From Polyangiales bacterium (GTDB lineage: Bacteria > Myxococcota_A > Polyangia > Polyangiales > JADJQN01), in NCBI GenBank assembly GCA_964202905.1, contig CAXNJO010000003.1, forward strand, positions 727,776 through 791,775: a stretch of DNA of 64,000 bases, in the 5' to 3' direction. Under the pieces are notes generated by a model. The model was not told the origin of the DNA, did no database searches, and worked only from the letters and a program-made list of their open reading frames with translations. Below, piece after piece: positions 32,817-41,331 of the stretch; the first letter of the stretch is position 1, and each line of letters opens with the position of its first letter. The position numbers and the translations under genes are program-made.

Positions 32817-33071
32817 TCAGGTCTCCTCTCGCAACATCGCGTCGGCGATGCGGTCCAGGTCGATCTTGAAGGTGCCCTTCTCGAAGGACTCCCGGAGGCG
32901 CGCGACCTTCTGGGAGTCGACGGACTCAGGAGCCCGCGCATCCGCGAGCGCTTGGGCCTGACCGGAGATGCGGACCCGCTCCGCCGACGTCGTCGTGCGG
33001 GCGTCCTCGCTCTTGAGCGTGCCCCGGGGCTCGTAGGTGGCGGTGGTGCGTGACGGGCCGTTGACCTTCAT
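32817..33071 (-). CDS. flgM: Anti-sigma28 factor FlgM
   Basis: VRIS, KVARLR...GTFKID..RIADAML. Confidence 0.9.
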   Translation of the reverse strand: MKVNGPSRTTATYEPRGTLKSEDARTTTSAERVRISGQAQALADARAPESVDSQKVARLRESFEKGTFKIDLDRIADAMLREET

Positions 33072-33089
33072 GGCGTCTCCTGATGGGTA

Positions 33090-33118
33090 ACTTCGGACGT
33101 TGGTGATCGAAACTTGAG
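33090..33118 (-). promoter_or_regulatory. sigma28 promoter of flgM
   Basis: CTCAAG-N15-TCCGAAGT on the minus strand, with an A-rich tract upstream. Confidence 0.72.
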
Positions 33119-33137
33119 CGGTTTTTTTGGTTTTGTG

Positions 33138-34286
33138 TCAACGGTGATCCTGCACGCTCGGGCGTGCATGCCGGCTGGTCGGCGTCTCGGGGCCCTCGCC
33201 CTCGGTCGGGCGCCTCAACTCGAGGACCTCGATCTGGGACAGCCCGTTCCGCGCTCCCCGCTCGGCGTGGCCCGCGCGGGTCCAGACACGGCCCTCGAGG
33301 CGCTGCGCGCCACGTGCGCGCGCCTCCCAGCCATCGAACACGACGCGCTCGACCTGGCCTTCCGCGTCGTAATCGACCGCGTGGATGCGCTCGACGACCG
33401 CCATGTGCCCGGCGTGACCCGCCGAGCCGCTGCCCGCGAGCACGAAGGCGCGCTGCCCCCGCTCCCCCGCGGCGACGAGCGGCGACTCGCCCTCGCCCGT
33501 CACGATGCGCGCCCAGTCCTGCTGCATGCGCCCGTCGGATGCATCACGAACGACACCATCCGGGTTCGGATAGCCCCAGCCGTGCTGGCGGGCCTGGAGG
33601 GGGACGGCGTACCCCGCGCGCCGCGCCGCCTCGAGCGCGAAGAGGTTGCACTTGTAGTGGCCCTCGAAGCCGTTCGCGTCCTCGACGTTGAAGGCCGCGA
33701 CGCCACCATCCGGCGTCGGCGTGGCGAAGTCGCTCGCGAGATCCGCCCGGGTCAGCGCGCCATCGCGCGCCCAGTGCTGCGCGGCCTCGCCCGCGCTCAT
33801 GCGCGCCGCGGCGCCGGCCAGCGCGCCGGCGGCCCCCGGGATACCGGGGTGCGCGGCGCCCGAGGCGTGGAGGGCGGCGAGCCGCCCGGCCAACGGGTCC
33901 TGCGCGAGGGGCGCGAGGCCTCCGCCGCGGCCGGGCGTGACGAGCGGCTCGCCCCCGAGTTGCGCGGGGTCGGCGCCGAGCGACGGCCCGATGACGCGCG
34001 CGAGACCGATGCCGCCCCCGTCCGCGAGGCGCTCGGCGAGCACCTCGTCGAACATCGAGAGGTACTGCTGCGACGCGCCGGACACCTCGGCGCCGCCGGA
34101 CTGCGCGGTCTTGCGCAGGACCTGGATCATCTGCTGGAGCAGCACGCTCTCGAAGCGGCGCGCGGCCTTGGCCGCCTGATCGGGGCCACCGGGGCCGGTG
34201 CGCGCCCGCTGCGCCGCGAGCTCGGCGGCGCGCGTCGGACCATCGATCGTGGCGTCCTGACCGGTGCGCGGGATCACGGCGACCAT
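33138..34286 (-). CDS. flgJ: FlgJ rod-binding domain fused to a non-canonical C-terminal domain
   Basis: AARRFESVLLQQMI..LRKT, Y.SMFD..LA..LA.GGGIGLA; follows flgI. Confidence 0.8.
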   Translation of the reverse strand: MVAVIPRTGQDATIDGPTRAAELAAQRARTGPGGPDQAAKAARRFESVLLQQMIQVLRKTAQSGGAEVSGASQQYLSMFDEVLAERLADGGGIGLARVIGPSLGADPAQLGGEPLVTPGRGGGLAPLAQDPLAGRLAALHASGAAHPGIPGAAGALAGAAARMSAGEAAQHWARDGALTRADLASDFATPTPDGGVAAFNVEDANGFEGHYKCNLFALEAARRAGYAVPLQARQHGWGYPNPDGVVRDASDGRMQQDWARIVTGEGESPLVAAGERGQRAFVLAGSGSAGHAGHMAVVERIHAVDYDAEGQVERVVFDGWEARARGAQRLEGRVWTRAGHAERGARNGLSQIEVLELRRPTEGEGPETPTSRHARPSVQDHR

Positions 34287-34338
34287 GGGCGGAGTCCTCC
34301 TCGTCCGGCGGGGCGGCCGGGCATGCGGACCGACAACG

Positions 34339-35475
34339 TCACTGGGACTCGATGCGGGCGCGGAGCGCGCCCGCCGTGTGGAGGGCTTGCAGGATCGGCA
34401 CGAGGTCGCGGGGCCGCGCGCCGAGGGCGTTGAGCGCGGCGACGACCTCGCGCAGCGACGCCGCGTTCGGCACGAGGGCGACGGCGCCGCCCTCCGACCG
34501 CGCCGTGACCTGCGACTGCTCGACCGTGGTGGTCGTCCCCGCGGCGAGCGGCGCTGGCTGCGAGACGGTCTGCTGCTCGACGATCTCGACGGTGAGGTTG
34601 CCGTGGGCGACGGCCGCCTCCGTGATCCGCACCCCCGCGCCGAGCACCACCGTGCCCGTCCGCTCGTCGACCACGACGCGCGCGACCGAATCTGCCTCGA
34701 CCTCGAGCAGCGAGAGCTGCGCGACGAGCGCCACCGGGCGCGTGCGGAACGCCTCGGGCACCGTGACCTTCACGAGCGCGTGGTCGACCGCCTCCGCGCT
34801 CCCCTCTCCGAGCGAGGCGACGATCGCCTGCGCGATGCGCTCGGCCGTGACGAACGAGGGCTCGCGGAGCTGCAGAAAGATGCCGTTTGCGCCGAGCGCG
34901 GGCGACTCGACCGGGCGCTCGACGATGGCGCCGTCGGGCACGCGGCCCGAGGTCGGGTGGTTCTGCTGGACGCGGGAGCCGCTGTTCCCCGAGGCCGCGA
35001 ACCCGCCGACGAGCACGGGCCCCTGCGCGACGGCGTAGACGCGGCGGTCCGCGCCGTAGAGCGGCGTTTGCAGGAGCACGCCGCCGAGCAGGCTCTTCGC
35101 GTTGCCGAGCGACGCGACCGTGACGTCGACCCGCACGCCGGCGCTCGCGGACGACGGGATCGTCGCCGTCACCATCACGGCAGCGGCGTTGCGCATCTGG
35201 ATGTTCTGGATGGTCTCGATGTCGACCGTCGCGCCGAGGCGGCGGAGCATCGCGGCGGTGCTCTGCACGGTGAAGCGATCCGGACCACGGTCGCCGCTCT
35301 GGTTCAGGCCGACGACGAGGCCGTAGCCGACGAGCTGGTTGGGACGCACGCCGCCGACGTCGCAGAGGTCCTCGATGCGGGTCGCGCGGGCGCGGGGGAC
35401 CGGGCCGAGCGACGCGAGCGCGAGGAACGCGAGCGTGGGAACGAGGCGGAGGACGGCCGTGCGTGTGCGTGACAT
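34339..35475 (-). CDS. flgI: P-ring protein FlgI
   Basis: NQLVGYGLVVGL..GD, AKSL.GG.LL.TPL, ERTGTVV, LQAL..AGAL. Confidence 0.97.
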   Translation of the reverse strand: MSRTRTAVLRLVPTLAFLALASLGPVPRARATRIEDLCDVGGVRPNQLVGYGLVVGLNQSGDRGPDRFTVQSTAAMLRRLGATVDIETIQNIQMRNAAAVMVTATIPSSASAGVRVDVTVASLGNAKSLLGGVLLQTPLYGADRRVYAVAQGPVLVGGFAASGNSGSRVQQNHPTSGRVPDGAIVERPVESPALGANGIFLQLREPSFVTAERIAQAIVASLGEGSAEAVDHALVKVTVPEAFRTRPVALVAQLSLLEVEADSVARVVVDERTGTVVLGAGVRITEAAVAHGNLTVEIVEQQTVSQPAPLAAGTTTTVEQSQVTARSEGGAVALVPNAASLREVVAALNALGARPRDLVPILQALHTAGALRARIESQ

Positions 35476-35485
35476 GGGCGGTTCC

Positions 35486-36205
35486 TCAGAAGGGGTTGAT
35501 CGCGTCGAGCAGCTTCACGAGCCAGCCGCGGTCCTGGTTGTCGGTGAGCGCGCCGCGCCCCGTCAGCTCGATCTCCGCGTCGGCCACCAAGCTCGAGCGC
35601 ACGGAGTTGTCCGGCTCGATGTCCTCGGGGCGGATCACGCCGGAGATGTAGATGTGGAGCTCCTCGTCGTTGACGAGCACGACCTTGGTTCCCTCGACGA
35701 AGAGGTCGCCATTCGGCAGGCCCTGCTTCACGCGGACGGCGATGGCGGCGCGCACGCGGCTCTCGCGCGTGGTCTCGCCGCGCCCGTCGAAGTTGCGCTG
35801 GCTCATCAGCGAGACGAGCTCGTCGGGGTTGATGTCGGGGTAGGCGCGCTGGAGCGCGGTGCCGAGGCCGAGCATGTCGCCGCCGAACGTCATCGAGGAG
35901 TCGCGCTCGAGGCGCGTGCTCGCGTCGCCGCTCGCGTTCGCCGTCTCGTCGATCCGGATGGTGACGATGTCGCCGACGCGGTTCGCGCGGAAGTCCGCGA
36001 AGAGCCCGCGCCCCGAGTCCGGCCAGAGCGAGCCGCGGCTCGTCGCGCGCGGCGCGGTCGCGTACGCGTCGGCGTCGTAGACGCGCGTGCGCGGGACGCG
36101 CGGCGCGACGTGGCGGACGCCGCCGCACGAGGCGAGCAGCGGCGGGAGCAGGAGCGCAGCGGCGATCGCGTGCGCGCGGCGGCCCGCGGAACGGGGCGCG
36201 GTCAT
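35486..36205 (-). CDS. flgH: L-ring lipoprotein FlgH
   Basis: LASC lipobox, GDIVTI, PNGDL, SGVIRPEDI. Confidence 0.95.
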   Translation of the reverse strand: MTAPRSAGRRAHAIAAALLLPPLLASCGGVRHVAPRVPRTRVYDADAYATAPRATSRGSLWPDSGRGLFADFRANRVGDIVTIRIDETANASGDASTRLERDSSMTFGGDMLGLGTALQRAYPDINPDELVSLMSQRNFDGRGETTRESRVRAAIAVRVKQGLPNGDLFVEGTKVVLVNDEELHIYISGVIRPEDIEPDNSVRSSLVADAEIELTGRGALTDNQDRGWLVKLLDAINPF

Positions 36206-36984
36206 GGGCTCACCTCGACGGTGTGGGCATCGACGACGCGCCCGCGGAGCTGCGAGCGTGTGTCGAGGTTGGTGACGCGGACCTCGTCGCCCGGTCGTCC
36301 AGGTTGGCCGACGATCCCGGGCGCCGACGCGCGCACCGCGCCGATCGCGACGACGATGCGCACGCGCGCCCCCGCCGTGACGACGGGCGCCGGACACGCG
36401 ACGCGCGCGCTCGCGAGCACACGCTGTTCGCGACCCGCGACGCGCACGAGCAGGGGCGCTGCGACGCGGCCACTCGCCCGCGGCGCCTCGGCCTCCACGG
36501 AGACCGTCGGCGTGCCGGCGGGCAGCACGAGCGATGCAGGCAGCTCGAGCGCCTCGACGTCACATGGCGCGAGCGCGGACTCGACGGCGGGGCGCAACAG
36601 GCGCTCGACCTCCGCGCGATCGAGCCGCCGCGCATCGCGGCGCACGCGTGTCGCGCGCGGGATGTCGAGCCCGCGGGCATCGCGGCCCGCGGCGCGGATC
36701 GCGCGGCGCACGTCGGAGGCGCGGACCACGCGCACCTCGCCGGGCGAAGGCGCAGCGCCGAGGTCGAGGGCGCCGAGCGCCGAGCCCGCGAGCGCCGGGA
36801 GCACCTCGGCGAGCGTCACGCGGTCCGGGGCGTCTTGGGCGGCCGCGCGGGACGCGGCGCCGACGCCCGCCGCGATCAGGGCCGCGGCGAGGAGCGGGGC
36901 GACGCGCGCCGCACGTGCGGCGGCGCGGAGCGCGACCGGCGGGGCAGCGCCGCGGGAGAGCGCCGGGGTGACTTCGTGGGCCAT
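36202..36984 (-). CDS. flgA: P-ring chaperone FlgA
   Basis: LGAAPSPG; C-terminal V..G..V...G..GDEVRVTN..S. Confidence 0.8.
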   Translation of the reverse strand: MAHEVTPALSRGAAPPVALRAAARAARVAPLLAAALIAAGVGAASRAAAQDAPDRVTLAEVLPALAGSALGALDLGAAPSPGEVRVVRASDVRRAIRAAGRDARGLDIPRATRVRRDARRLDRAEVERLLRPAVESALAPCDVEALELPASLVLPAGTPTVSVEAEAPRASGRVAAPLLVRVAGREQRVLASARVACPAPVVTAGARVRIVVAIGAVRASAPGIVGQPGRPGDEVRVTNLDTRSQLRGRVVDAHTVEVSP

Positions 36985-36996
36985 CTCCCCGTGATG

Positions 36997-37012
36997 AGCA
37001 TGCGCCGTGCCA
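36997..37012 (-). promoter_or_regulatory. sigma54 promoter of flgA
   Basis: TGGCACGGCGCATGCT. Confidence 0.75.
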
Positions 37013-37108
37013 GATCCACATCCTCGAAATCACTGGGTTTTTCAGGCATCCCCCGCGCGCCTCCGTCGGAGCCCCGACACGAGCGGCGGAAGCCTGACAC
37101 CCGTCCGC

Positions 37109-37891
37109 TCAGCGCTCGGTCGCCTTGCGGAGCATCTCGTCCGCCGCGCTGATGACGCGCTGGTTGATCTCGTAGGCGCGCTGGCTCGCGATGAGGTCGA
37201 TCATCTCGGTCACGACCTCGACGTTCGAGCCCTCGATGAAGCCCTGCGCGAGGGTGCCTGTCCCCTCCTCGCCCGGGGCAGCGACGATCGGGTTGCCGCT
37301 CGCCGCGGTCTCGAGGAAGAGCGAACGCCCGGCCTGCAACAGGCCCGCGGGGTTCGCGAAGGTGGCGAGCTGCAGCTGACCGACCTCGGTCGTCTGTGCG
37401 CTCCCGGGCTGCGTGACCGACACGACGCCGTCTGGTGCGACGGTGATGCTCGTCGCATCGACGGGGATCTGGATCGACGGCTCGACCGGCAAGCCATCGA
37501 CGGTGACGAGGCGCCCCTCGGCGTCGGCCTTGAGGTTGCCAGCGCGCGTGTAGGCGAGCGTCCCGTCCGGGCGCTGCACCTGGAAGAAGCCCTTGCCCTC
37601 GATGGCGAGGTCGAGCGGGTTCCCGCTCTGCGCCATCGTGCCCTGCTCGAAGATCGTCGTGGTCGCGACCGTGCGCGTTCCCTGCCCGATCTGCAGGCCC
37701 GTCGGGAGCGTGCCGCCCGCGGCCGTCTGGCCGCCCGGCTGCCGCATCGTCTGGTAGAGCAGGTCCTGGAACTCGGCGCGGCTGCGCCGGAAGCCGTTGG
37801 TGTTGACGTTCGCGACGTTGTTCGCGACGACGTCGATGTGGAGCTGCTGAGCGGCCATTCCCGTAGCTGCGGTGTTGAGCGCTCGGAGCAT
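37109..37891 (-). CDS. flgG: Distal rod FlgG
   Basis: ANNVANVNTNGF, EFQDLLYQ, YTRAG, EGSNV, QRAYE. Confidence 0.97.
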   Translation of the reverse strand: MLRALNTAATGMAAQQLHIDVVANNVANVNTNGFRRSRAEFQDLLYQTMRQPGGQTAAGGTLPTGLQIGQGTRTVATTTIFEQGTMAQSGNPLDLAIEGKGFFQVQRPDGTLAYTRAGNLKADAEGRLVTVDGLPVEPSIQIPVDATSITVAPDGVVSVTQPGSAQTTEVGQLQLATFANPAGLLQAGRSLFLETAASGNPIVAAPGEEGTGTLAQGFIEGSNVEVVTEMIDLIASQRAYEINQRVISAADEMLRKATER

Positions 37892-37946
37892 GGGTGTCCT
37901 CGTGGGGGCTGGGGGTTACTGCAAGGGGAGAGGAGGAGCCCGCCGA

Positions 37947-38690
37947 TCAGCCGCTGCGGCTGCCGACGTCACGCGCGGTGCGGTTGTCGAGCTCCGAGAA
38001 CGTGTGGATGACGCGCTGAAAGGCGTCGAAGAGCCGCGTGACCGAGATGAGTTCGTTGAGACCCGCGACGGCGTTGACGTTCGACTGCTCGAGCGCGCCC
38101 TGCACGACGGTGGTGTTCGCAGGCGGGGCGATCGGCGGGGCGACGGCGCTGAAGCGCGACTCACCCTCCTTGCCGACGGTGGCGGGATCCGCGAAGGAGA
38201 CGACGCGGATGCGGCCCACGTCGGCGCCATCCGCGAGGACGGCACCATCACTGCCGATGGTCACGTCACGCACGCCCTCCGGGATGCGGATGCGCTCGTT
38301 CGGGCCGCCCTCGGCGATGAGTTCGAGTCCGTCCGGCGTGCGGAGGATCCCGTCCGCGCCGGGGATGAACGAACCGGTGCGCGTGTAGCGCTCGCCCTGC
38401 GGGGTCGCGAGCGCGAAGAAGCCGTCGCCGCCGAGCGCGAGATCGTAGGGGTTTCCCGTGATCCGATGGGCGCCGGCGGAGGTGTCGATGACGACGCGCT
38501 CGGCGACGGCGTAGCGCAGCGACGGCGGCTGCGCGGTGCGCGCGCCCGCGGTCGCGAGCGCCTCGTCGAAGGCCACGCGGTCCGCGCGGAAGCCGATGGT
38601 GTTCGCGTTTGCGACGTTGTTCGCCGTGACGTCGAGCGCCCGCTGCTGGGCGACCGCGCCGCTCGTCGCGCTGTAGATACCGTGGGACAT
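37947..38690 (-). CDS. flgF: Proximal rod FlgF
   Basis: ANNVANANTIGF, TGNPYDLAL, YTRTG, LEQSNVN. Confidence 0.92.
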   Translation of the reverse strand: MSHGIYSATSGAVAQQRALDVTANNVANANTIGFRADRVAFDEALATAGARTAQPPSLRYAVAERVVIDTSAGAHRITGNPYDLALGGDGFFALATPQGERYTRTGSFIPGADGILRTPDGLELIAEGGPNERIRIPEGVRDVTIGSDGAVLADGADVGRIRVVSFADPATVGKEGESRFSAVAPPIAPPANTTVVQGALEQSNVNAVAGLNELISVTRLFDAFQRVIHTFSELDNRTARDVGSRSG

Positions 38691-39430
38691 CAGGCCTCCA
38701 TGAACGCGCGCAGGCGCACCGTGGCATCACCGAGGATCTGGCAGACGCGGCTCTCGGTCACACCGAGGATCCGACCGATCTCCGACTGGGTGCATTCCTC
38801 CTGGTAGTAGAGCGCGAGGACCTGCTGCTGCCGCTCGGGCAGGCGGCCGAGCGCCTTGACGAGGCGGCCGCGGAGCTCGGCACCGAGGAGCGCCTCGGGC
38901 GGGCCGGCGGAGGCGCTCGGGAGGGCGTCGGGGTCTTCGCCGACGCGACCGAGCGCGGGGCCGCGGTTCAGGTCCTCGGAGAGTTTCTGGTAGGCCTCGA
39001 GCGTGAGGCCGAGTTCCTTCGCGATCTCCTCTTCCTCGGGGGCGCGACCGAGCCGCTGCTCGAGCGCGCGCACCGCGTGCGCGGTCTCGGTGAGGCGACG
39101 CCGGCCGTGGCGCGTCATGACGTCGGAGGCGCGGAGCTCGTCGAGGATCGCGCCCCGGATCCGCGCGTCGAGGTAGGCCTCGAAGGAGGGAGCGCGCGTC
39201 GCGTCCCAGGCGTCGATCGCCTTCAGCATGCCCTCGCTGCCGGCGCCGATGAGGTCGCCGACATCGACGTTCGGCGGGAGGCGGCGCGCGAGGCGGAAGG
39301 CGACACGGCGCACGATCGGCAGTCCGACCGCCATGAGCTCCGCGCGCGTCGGCCGCGGCACCGCGGCGAGCGTCGGCTCCGCCGAGGCGCCGCCCGAGCC
39401 CTCCGCCTCGTACGCCGCCGCTCTCAGCAC
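38690..39430 (-). CDS. fliA: Flagellar sigma factor FliA
   Basis: RIRGAILDELR, LYYQEE, IGRILGVTESRVCQI. Confidence 0.95.
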   Translation of the reverse strand: MLRAAAYEAEGSGGASAEPTLAAVPRPTRAELMAVGLPIVRRVAFRLARRLPPNVDVGDLIGAGSEGMLKAIDAWDATRAPSFEAYLDARIRGAILDELRASDVMTRHGRRRLTETAHAVRALEQRLGRAPEEEEIAKELGLTLEAYQKLSEDLNRGPALGRVGEDPDALPSASAGPPEALLGAELRGRLVKALGRLPERQQQVLALYYQEECTQSEIGRILGVTESRVCQILGDATVRLRAFMEA

Positions 39431-40290
39431 GGCCCCGCCTCTTTGGGTGCGGGCGCGAGCCGCCGCGCGACCTCGCGGATGGCGCGCGACGGCTGGCTCT
39501 CCGGCGCGCCGATCACGAAGGGAAGCCCTGCGCCGACCGCACGACGCACCGCGTCATCACGGCGGATGCAGCCCAGGTAGTCGACCTTCAACGCGAGGAA
39601 GCGCTCGACGATCCCAGCGAGGCGCGCGTGCACCTCGCGGCCCTCGAGGTCGCTGCCGACCTGGTTCGCGAGCACCCCGATGCGCTCGAGCCCGCCACGC
39701 CGGTGGAGCACCTTGGCCATCGCGTAGGCGTCGCGGAGCGAGGTCGGGTCCGGCGTCGCGACGAGCACGACCTCGTCGGCGAGCGTGGCGAAGGCGACCG
39801 AGTTGGTGCCGATGCCCGCGCCCGTGTCGATGACGAGCACGTCGAAGTCGCGGGCGATGTTGTCGACCGCCGCGACGAGCCGGTCGCGCTCGGCGCCGCC
39901 GAGGTTCGCCATCTCGTAGCGTCCGGGGCACGCGGGCAGGAGCATCACGCCCGCCGGGCCCTCGACGAGCACCTCGGCCGACGTCGCGCCGCGCTCGAGC
40001 AGCGCGAGGAGGTCGGCGTGCGGCCTCACGCCGAGGACGAGGTCCTGGCTCGCGAGGCCCAGATCCGCGTCGAGTACGAGGACACTGTGGCCGAGCCGCG
40101 CGAGCGAGACGGCGAGGTTCGCGGAGACCTGCGTCTTACCGACGCCGCCCTTCCCGCTGGTCACGGCGATGGAGCGCCGCGAGGCGAACGTGACGCGGCG
40201 CTCAGGGGCGCCCGACGTCTCCGAGCGCTCCATCTGTCCGCGGAGCGCGAGCGCGCGCAGCCCATCTGCTTGATTGCCGCTGGTCATCAT
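39424..40290 (-). CDS. flhG: FlhG/FleN MinD-like ATPase
   Basis: NQADGLR, TSGKGGVGKT, DADLGLA, DTGAGI, DAYA..K. Confidence 0.92.
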   Translation of the reverse strand: MMTSGNQADGLRALALRGQMERSETSGAPERRVTFASRRSIAVTSGKGGVGKTQVSANLAVSLARLGHSVLVLDADLGLASQDLVLGVRPHADLLALLERGATSAEVLVEGPAGVMLLPACPGRYEMANLGGAERDRLVAAVDNIARDFDVLVIDTGAGIGTNSVAFATLADEVVLVATPDPTSLRDAYAMAKVLHRRGGLERIGVLANQVGSDLEGREVHARLAGIVERFLALKVDYLGCIRRDDAVRRAVGAGLPFVIGAPESQPSRAIREVARRLAPAPKEAGPC

Positions 40291-41318
40291 GCCTCCACCC
40301 CTTCGCAGCAGAGCAGGCCGGCCAGCCGTTCCGCAGAAGCGACCTCGATATCCTCGGGGACACGCTGCCCCGTCGTCAGCCAGGCGAGCGGCAGGCCGCT
40401 CACGACGTGCGCGGCCACGATGCCGCCGGCATCGACGGCCTCGTCGACCTTCGTCACCGTCAGGCGCACCGGCGAGAGCGGCGCGAGACGCCCGATGGCC
40501 CGCGCGAGCTCGGCCTCGCGCATCGCCGCAGCGAGGCAGAGGTGCACGAAGATGGGCTCACCCGCGCTCTCGAAGCACCCGGCGAGGCGCGCGATCGCGA
40601 CCTTGTCGCTGGGGGAGCGCCCCTCGGTGTCGATGAGCACGAGGTCCGCCCAGGCGAGCTCGGCGAGCGCGTTCGCGAGGCTCTGCGCATCCCAGGCGTG
40701 GCGGACGGGGACGCCGATGAGCTCCGCGTAGCGCTCCAGCTGCTCGACGGCGCCGACGCGGTAGTGGTCCATGCCGACGAGCGCGACGCGGCGCCCCTCG
40801 ACGAGCGCAGCGTGCGCCGCGAGCTTCGCGACGGTGGTCGTCTTGCCCACGCCGGTCGGACCGGCGAGCGCGACGACACGCGCCTCGCGCAGCCCCGAGG
40901 GCGCGAAGACCATCCGCTCGCGCAGCACGGGCGCGAGCGCGCCGGCCGCCTCGAGCAGGTCCCCCGGCTCCCGCCCGAGCCGCCCGCGGACGCGCATGGA
41001 GAGCTCGCTCGAGGCGGCGGCCGGCACGCCCGCGCGCAGCAGCCGCTGCTCGAGGCCGCTCGCCACGCGCACCTCCGGCGCCCGCGCGGGCTGCGGCTCC
41101 GCGACGGAGCAGGAAGACGCCCCCGCGCTCTGCCCGCGGGCCTGCGACCCGGGGACGTCGCCCGCGGCGATCGCGAGGAGCTCGACGGTGGCGGGCGTGC
41201 CCGCGCGGCCGCCGAGTTCCCGTGTCCCGACGATCATGGCGTCGGGACCGAGCTCGCGTTTGGCGAGGGCGAGGGCTTCCTCGAAGCGGGGCGCACGGTA
41301 GGTACGAGGTAGCGTCAT
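40287..41318 (-). CDS. flhF: SRP-family GTPase FlhF
   Basis: ELGPDAMI, GPTGVGKTTT.AKLAA, DTEGR, TKVDE, GQRVPEDI. Confidence 0.93.
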   Translation of the reverse strand: MTLPRTYRAPRFEEALALAKRELGPDAMIVGTRELGGRAGTPATVELLAIAAGDVPGSQARGQSAGASSCSVAEPQPARAPEVRVASGLEQRLLRAGVPAAASSELSMRVRGRLGREPGDLLEAAGALAPVLRERMVFAPSGLREARVVALAGPTGVGKTTTVAKLAAHAALVEGRRVALVGMDHYRVGAVEQLERYAELIGVPVRHAWDAQSLANALAELAWADLVLIDTEGRSPSDKVAIARLAGCFESAGEPIFVHLCLAAAMREAELARAIGRLAPLSPVRLTVTKVDEAVDAGGIVAAHVVSGLPLAWLTTGQRVPEDIEVASAERLAGLLCCEGVEA

Positions 41319-41331
41319 CGGCTCGGCTCCT

